A stretch of DNA of 64,000 nt. It comes from an uncultured Actinomycetes bacterium (GTDB lineage Bacteria > Actinomycetota > Thermoleophilia > RBG-16-64-13). How positions within the stretch are numbered: position 1 is the stretch's first letter; each line of letters opens with the position of its first letter. Shown here one piece after another: positions 60,016 through 64,000 of this stretch. The notes beneath the pieces are model-generated. The model did not search any database. It saw only the letters and a list, made by a program, of their open reading frames with translations, and was not told where the DNA came from. The stretch lies in NCBI GenBank assembly GCA_963841735.1, contig CAWJDT010000001.1, forward strand, positions 1,440,001 through 1,504,000. The letters are read 5' to 3'. The position numbers were made by a program, and so were the translations under genes.

Positions 60016-61181
60016 ATGAGCACGTTCAGGAACATCTTTCGCAGAAAGCTTCGTGCCTTTCTCACCATCTTCGGCATCACCATCGGGGTGTTCGCGCTGG
60101 TGGTCATGGGCGGGATGGCCGAGAAGATCAACCTCATGATCAGTGGCGGCACCCAGTACTACAGCGACAAGGTCTTGGTCGAAGACGCCTCCAACATGAC
60201 CGGCAGTCTCAGCAGCACCCCGGTCTCGGTGGACCGCATCGGCGACATCGAGGCCGTGGCCGGCGTGGCCCGGGCTTCGGCCGGCATCTGGATGACCCTC
60301 GACCCGGACGCGGGCATGAGCATGGCGATGCCCCAAGGCCATCACGGGCAGCGATGGGCGCGAGATCGGCTACGAGACCTTTCCCCTCAAGATGGCTGAA
60401 GGCCGCGACCTGAACGGGCGACGACCGGGGCAAGGCCGTGTTGGGCTGCGATGTCGCCAAGGCCATGGGGGCCGGGGTGGGCAAGACCGTCGAGATCCGT
60501 GGACGGCAGTTCGAAGTGGTCGGCATCTATGACAAGACCCTGACCGCTCCCGACAGCACGGTCACGGTCACGCTGGCAGACGCGCAGGAGATGTTCTTCG
60601 CTCAACTGCCGGCCATGATCCAGACCCAGATCCGGCCTGAGCAGTTGGCCACTCAGATCACCGTGTACCCGGAGCCCGGCATAGACGCCGACCAGCTGGC
60701 TTCGACCATCCAGGACGCGGTGGCCGGCGTGAAGGCAACCGGTCCGCAGGCTTTCATCGACATGTTCAAGAGCGCGACCAAGATCTTCAACGGCATCATC
60801 TTCGGAGTGGCCCTCATCTCTCTCTTCGTTGGCGGCCTCTCGGTGGTCAACACCATGACCATGTCGGTGTACGAGCGCACCCGCGAGATCGGCATCCGCA
60901 AGGCCATCGGCGCCTCGCACCGGCAGATCGTGGGGCAGTTCCTGGGCGAGTCGGCCCTCATCGGGTTCCTAGGCGGAGCGACCGGCCTTGTGCTGGGGTG
61001 GGTCACCACCCTGGCGGTGAATGCAGTCACGAGCGGCAGCGGCACGGTGCTCTTCCTGGTCACCCCGCGCCTGGCGATCGGCTCGTTGGTCTTCGCGGTG
61101 GTGCTCGGAGTGGGCAGTGGCTTCTATCCCTCGCTGCACGCGGCCCGGCTGAAGCCGGTCATGGCCCTGCGCTACGAGTGA
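60016..61181 (+). CDS. MacB/FtsX-type ABC permease (frameshifts near 60335 and 60415)
   Basis: RKLRAFLTIFGITIGV, NTMTMSVYERTREIGIRKAIGA, QFLGES, P..HAARLKPV.ALRYE. Confidence 0.9.
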
Positions 61182-61267
61182 GGCGCACGGCAATGCATGC
61201 CAAAGAAACAGCACAAGACTTTGAGAGATTCGGATCGACCAAAGACTCGACTGAAGGGATGGCGACG

Positions 61268-62015
61268 ATGAAAAGCATGGTGAGCGCAACCGGACTGGCC
61301 AAGCGCTATGAGTTGGGCAAAGAGAACTACGTGGATGCCCTGCAGGGGCGTGGCGGTGGATATCAAAGCGGGCGAGATGGTGGCCATCATGGGGCCATCG
61401 GGATGCGGCAAGTCCACACTGCTGCACGTGCTCGGCTGCCTGGACAACGCCGATGCGGGCGAGATCTGGCTGAACGGGCGCAGGATCGACGACATGGGCG
61501 CCGGCGCCATCACCAAGCTGCTGCGCGACGAGATCGGCTTCATCTTCCAGGGATTCAACCTGGTGCAAGGCATGACGGCCCTGGAGAACGTGGCCCTGGC
61601 CGCCGAGTACGCGGGCAAGAAGCGGCGTGAAGCTCAGAATGCCGCCCGCGAGGCCCTGGAGCGCGTGGGGCTGGGCGACCGCGTGGACCACCGGCCCAAC
61701 GAGCTCTCGGGCGGCCAGCAGCAACGGGTGGCCATCGCCCGGGCGCTGGTGAACGATCCGCTGGTGATCTTCGGCGACGAGCCCACCGGCAACCTCGACA
61801 GTGCCAGCTCGGCCGAAGTCATCGACATGATGCGCGAGATCAACCTGACCACGGGGCGGACCTTCATCCTGGTGACGCACGATGCCGGCGTGGCCGAGGC
61901 CTGCGACCGGGTGATCCACATGCGCGACGGCCTGGTGATCGGAGACGAGACGGACGTACCGGACTGGGAGATGGTCGCCAGCCTCGCCGGGACGGCCGAG
62001 CCGGTCGCCGCGTAG
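61268..62015 (+). CDS. LolD/MacB-type ABC ATP-binding protein (frameshift near 61343; start approximate)
   Basis: GPSGCGKST, FIFQ.FNL, LSGGQQQR, DEPTGNLD, VTHD. Confidence 0.92.
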
Positions 62016-62039
62016 GCGCAAGGAGCGCACCCGCACCAG

Positions 62040-62101
62040 CATCCCGTATGCGCCCCAGGTCGAGGACTGGGTTCTCCCCAGTGAAGAGCGCATACGGGAT
62101 G
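62040..62101. terminator. Long hairpin after the ABC operon
   Basis: Perfect 14-bp arms CATCCCGTATGCGC/GCGCATACGGGATG with inner ACTGGG/CCCAGT stem. Confidence 0.6.
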
Positions 62102-62219
62102 ACGTCAGGCTCTTGGTGGAGTAGCGGCGGGGCCGCTCTCGTCGAGCTGTCTCTCGACTGTGGCTCCCCTGGTAGTATTCTGGCGACTAGGGGATAGCTA
62201 GAGATAGTGGAGGAAAAGG

Positions 62220-63305
62220 ATGTATCGCATCGACCTGCGCAAGCCGGATGGGCGGCGGCTGATGCTCTATTCCCGCTCTCCGATCGCCGAGGGCTTGATT
62301 GCACCGAGTCCGAGCGCTGAGAGGGTCATGCCCAACCCGCACATGCGCTGGCATCCCTTGCGCGGGGAGTGGGTGGCATATGCCGCTCACCGGCAAGCGC
62401 GGACCTTCTTACCGCCTCCGGATTTCGATCCCCTCAGTCCCACTGTGGATCCGGCTCAGCCCACGGAAGTGCCCGCCGGTGAGTACGATGTGGCGGTCTT
62501 CGAGAACCTCTTTCCCACCTTCGCCGAGAGCGCTCACGATGCCCCCAGCTCCATGCTACCCACGGCGCCGGCCCGGGGCGCATGCGAGGTGGTGGTCTAC
62601 ACCCAGGACCCGAGCGAGTCGCTGGGCTCCCTTCCCCTGGATCACGTCGCTCTGTTGGTGGACGTTTGGGCCGATCGCACCACGGAGCTCGGCTCGCGAG
62701 AGGACGTGAAGTATGTGTTCCCGTTTGAGAACCGGGGCGTGGAGGTGGGGGTGACCCTGCATCATCCCCATGGGCAGATCTACGCCTATCCGTTCGTGCC
62801 GCCGGTGATGGCGAAGGAGCTCTCGTGCCAGCAGGCGTTCTATGCGGAGCACGGCAAGGGCCTGCTGGCCGAGCATACCCGGCAGGAACTCGAAGAAGGC
62901 AGGCGGATCCTCTATCACGGGCCGCACTGCGTTGCTTACGTACCGGCGTGTTCGCGCGGGGCCTACGAGATCTGGGTGGTGCCCGTGTCCGGGGCGCCGT
63001 TCCTAGCCGATCTTGCCCCTGAGGAACGGCTGGACCTGGCAAGGGCGCTCAAGACGGCGCTGCTGAAGCTCGATGGCCTGTGGGGCCGGCCGATGCCGCT
63101 CATCATGGCCTTTCATCAGGCGCCCACCGACGGGGCGGCGTATCCGGAGGCGCACGCTCATATCCAGATCTATCCGTGGATGCGGATGGAGGGTCGGGTC
63201 AAGTACCTGGCCGGCAGCGAGATCGGCGCGGGCGTCTTCACGGCCGATACTTTGCCCGAGGACAAAGCGGCCGAACTCCAAGCCGTGCAGGTGGACATTG
63301 GCTGA
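62220..63305 (+). CDS. galT: Galactose-1-phosphate uridylyltransferase
   Basis: RWHPLRGEWV, R..R, VFEN.FP, CEVVVY, FENRG..VG.TL.HPHGQ. Confidence 0.93.
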   Translation: MYRIDLRKPDGRRLMLYSRSPIAEGLIAPSPSAERVMPNPHMRWHPLRGEWVAYAAHRQARTFLPPPDFDPLSPTVDPAQPTEVPAGEYDVAVFENLFPTFAESAHDAPSSMLPTAPARGACEVVVYTQDPSESLGSLPLDHVALLVDVWADRTTELGSREDVKYVFPFENRGVEVGVTLHHPHGQIYAYPFVPPVMAKELSCQQAFYAEHGKGLLAEHTRQELEEGRRILYHGPHCVAYVPACSRGAYEIWVVPVSGAPFLADLAPEERLDLARALKTALLKLDGLWGRPMPLIMAFHQAPTDGAAYPEAHAHIQIYPWMRMEGRVKYLAGSEIGAGVFTADTLPEDKAAELQAVQVDIG

Positions 63306-64000
63306 GGAAGACCGCGTGGGCGCCGGGTCACACGCGGGAGCAGATGCCGGGGCGTATCCAGGAGTAGGTACTGGGGTGCAGGCCGGGGCGCGGGCCGGCT
63401 CCTTCGACCAGGTCTTCGGACGTTCGCCCGACGCGGTCGCGGAAGCGCCCGGCCGGGTGAATCTCATAGGCGAGCACACCGACTACAACGAAGGCTTCGT
63501 GCTTCCGACTCCCATTCCGCAGAAGACCCAGGCCGAAGTGGCCAGGCGGCGTGGAAGTGTGGGCAAGCCGGATCGGCGGGGCGACATTGTGACGGTGGCG
63601 AGTGTCACACTGGGGGAGACGGAGAGCTACGTATTGGGCGCCGAACGGCCGACCGGTAGGTGGATCGACTATGTGCAGGGGCTGACCCGGGCGCTGCGTG
63701 AGACGGGCCACCGCCTGACCGGGTTCGACCTTCGGCTGGCTTCGGACGTGCCTGTGGGCAGTGGACTTTCGTCGAGTGCGGCACTGGAGGTCTCGGTGCT
63801 GCGGGCTCTGCGCGAGGCCTTCTCTCTGTCGATAGATGACGTCCTGCTGGCTCGCTTGGGACAGAAGGCGGAAAACGACCACGTGGGGGCGCCCGTGGGG
63901 CTGATGGATCAGCTGGTCTCGAGTTTGGGTCGGGAGGGCGAGGCGCTTCTAATGGACATGCGCAGTCTGGCGGTGGAGCCGGTGCCGCTGCCCCTGTCGG
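63298..64000 (+). CDS. galK: Galactokinase (3'-truncated at window edge; not in ORF track)
   Basis: Open frame from TTG 63298: APGRVNLIGEHTDYNEG, VPVGSGLSSSAALE, AEN..VGAPVGLMDQ. Confidence 0.93.
   Translation, partial: MAEEDRVGAGSHAGADAGAYPGVGTGVQAGARAGSFDQVFGRSPDAVAEAPGRVNLIGEHTDYNEGFVLPTPIPQKTQAEVARRRGSVGKPDRRGDIVTVASVTLGETESYVLGAERPTGRWIDYVQGLTRALRETGHRLTGFDLRLASDVPVGSGLSSSAALEVSVLRALREAFSLSIDDVLLARLGQKAENDHVGAPVGLMDQLVSSLGREGEALLMDMRSLAVEPVPLPLS

Noticed and set aside
1-64000. tRNA, rRNA, IS, prophage or defence systems
   Set aside because: No cloverleaf, rRNA signature, transposase, integrase or phage/defence motifs recognised

Overview
A 64 kb GC-rich (by eye about 63-65%) bacterial chromosomal window. 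The gene content (tungsten-type aldehyde oxidoreductase, ASKHA corrinoid activator, Fe-S aldo/keto reductases, SLH protein, NarL-type regulators) suggests an anaerobic Actinomycetota such as Thermoleophilia; this is an inference. It is mostly housekeeping and metabolic: three ABC exporter operons (two beside NarL-type regulators), an ADP-forming acyl-CoA ligase next to a CoA-transferase-GNAT fusion, gabT with aor, ilvD-ilvB-ilvN-ilvC, otsB-DUF5752-treT-otsA, galT-galK, a lipoprotein serpin and modular surface proteins. About 17 genes contain frameshifts, most likely uncorrected long-read indels. I saw no tRNA, rRNA, CRISPR array, transposase or phage gene. The two best leads are (1) an in-frame fusion of a CrtC/AttH lipocalin-like enzyme to a type III GGPPS-like prenyltransferase, followed by an acetoacetate-decarboxylase-fold gene, and (2) an unannotated ~120-nt two-hairpin RNA with C-rich loops and its own promoter and terminator, divergent from a LysR gene. 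All family calls come from motif recognition by eye; no database search was run.
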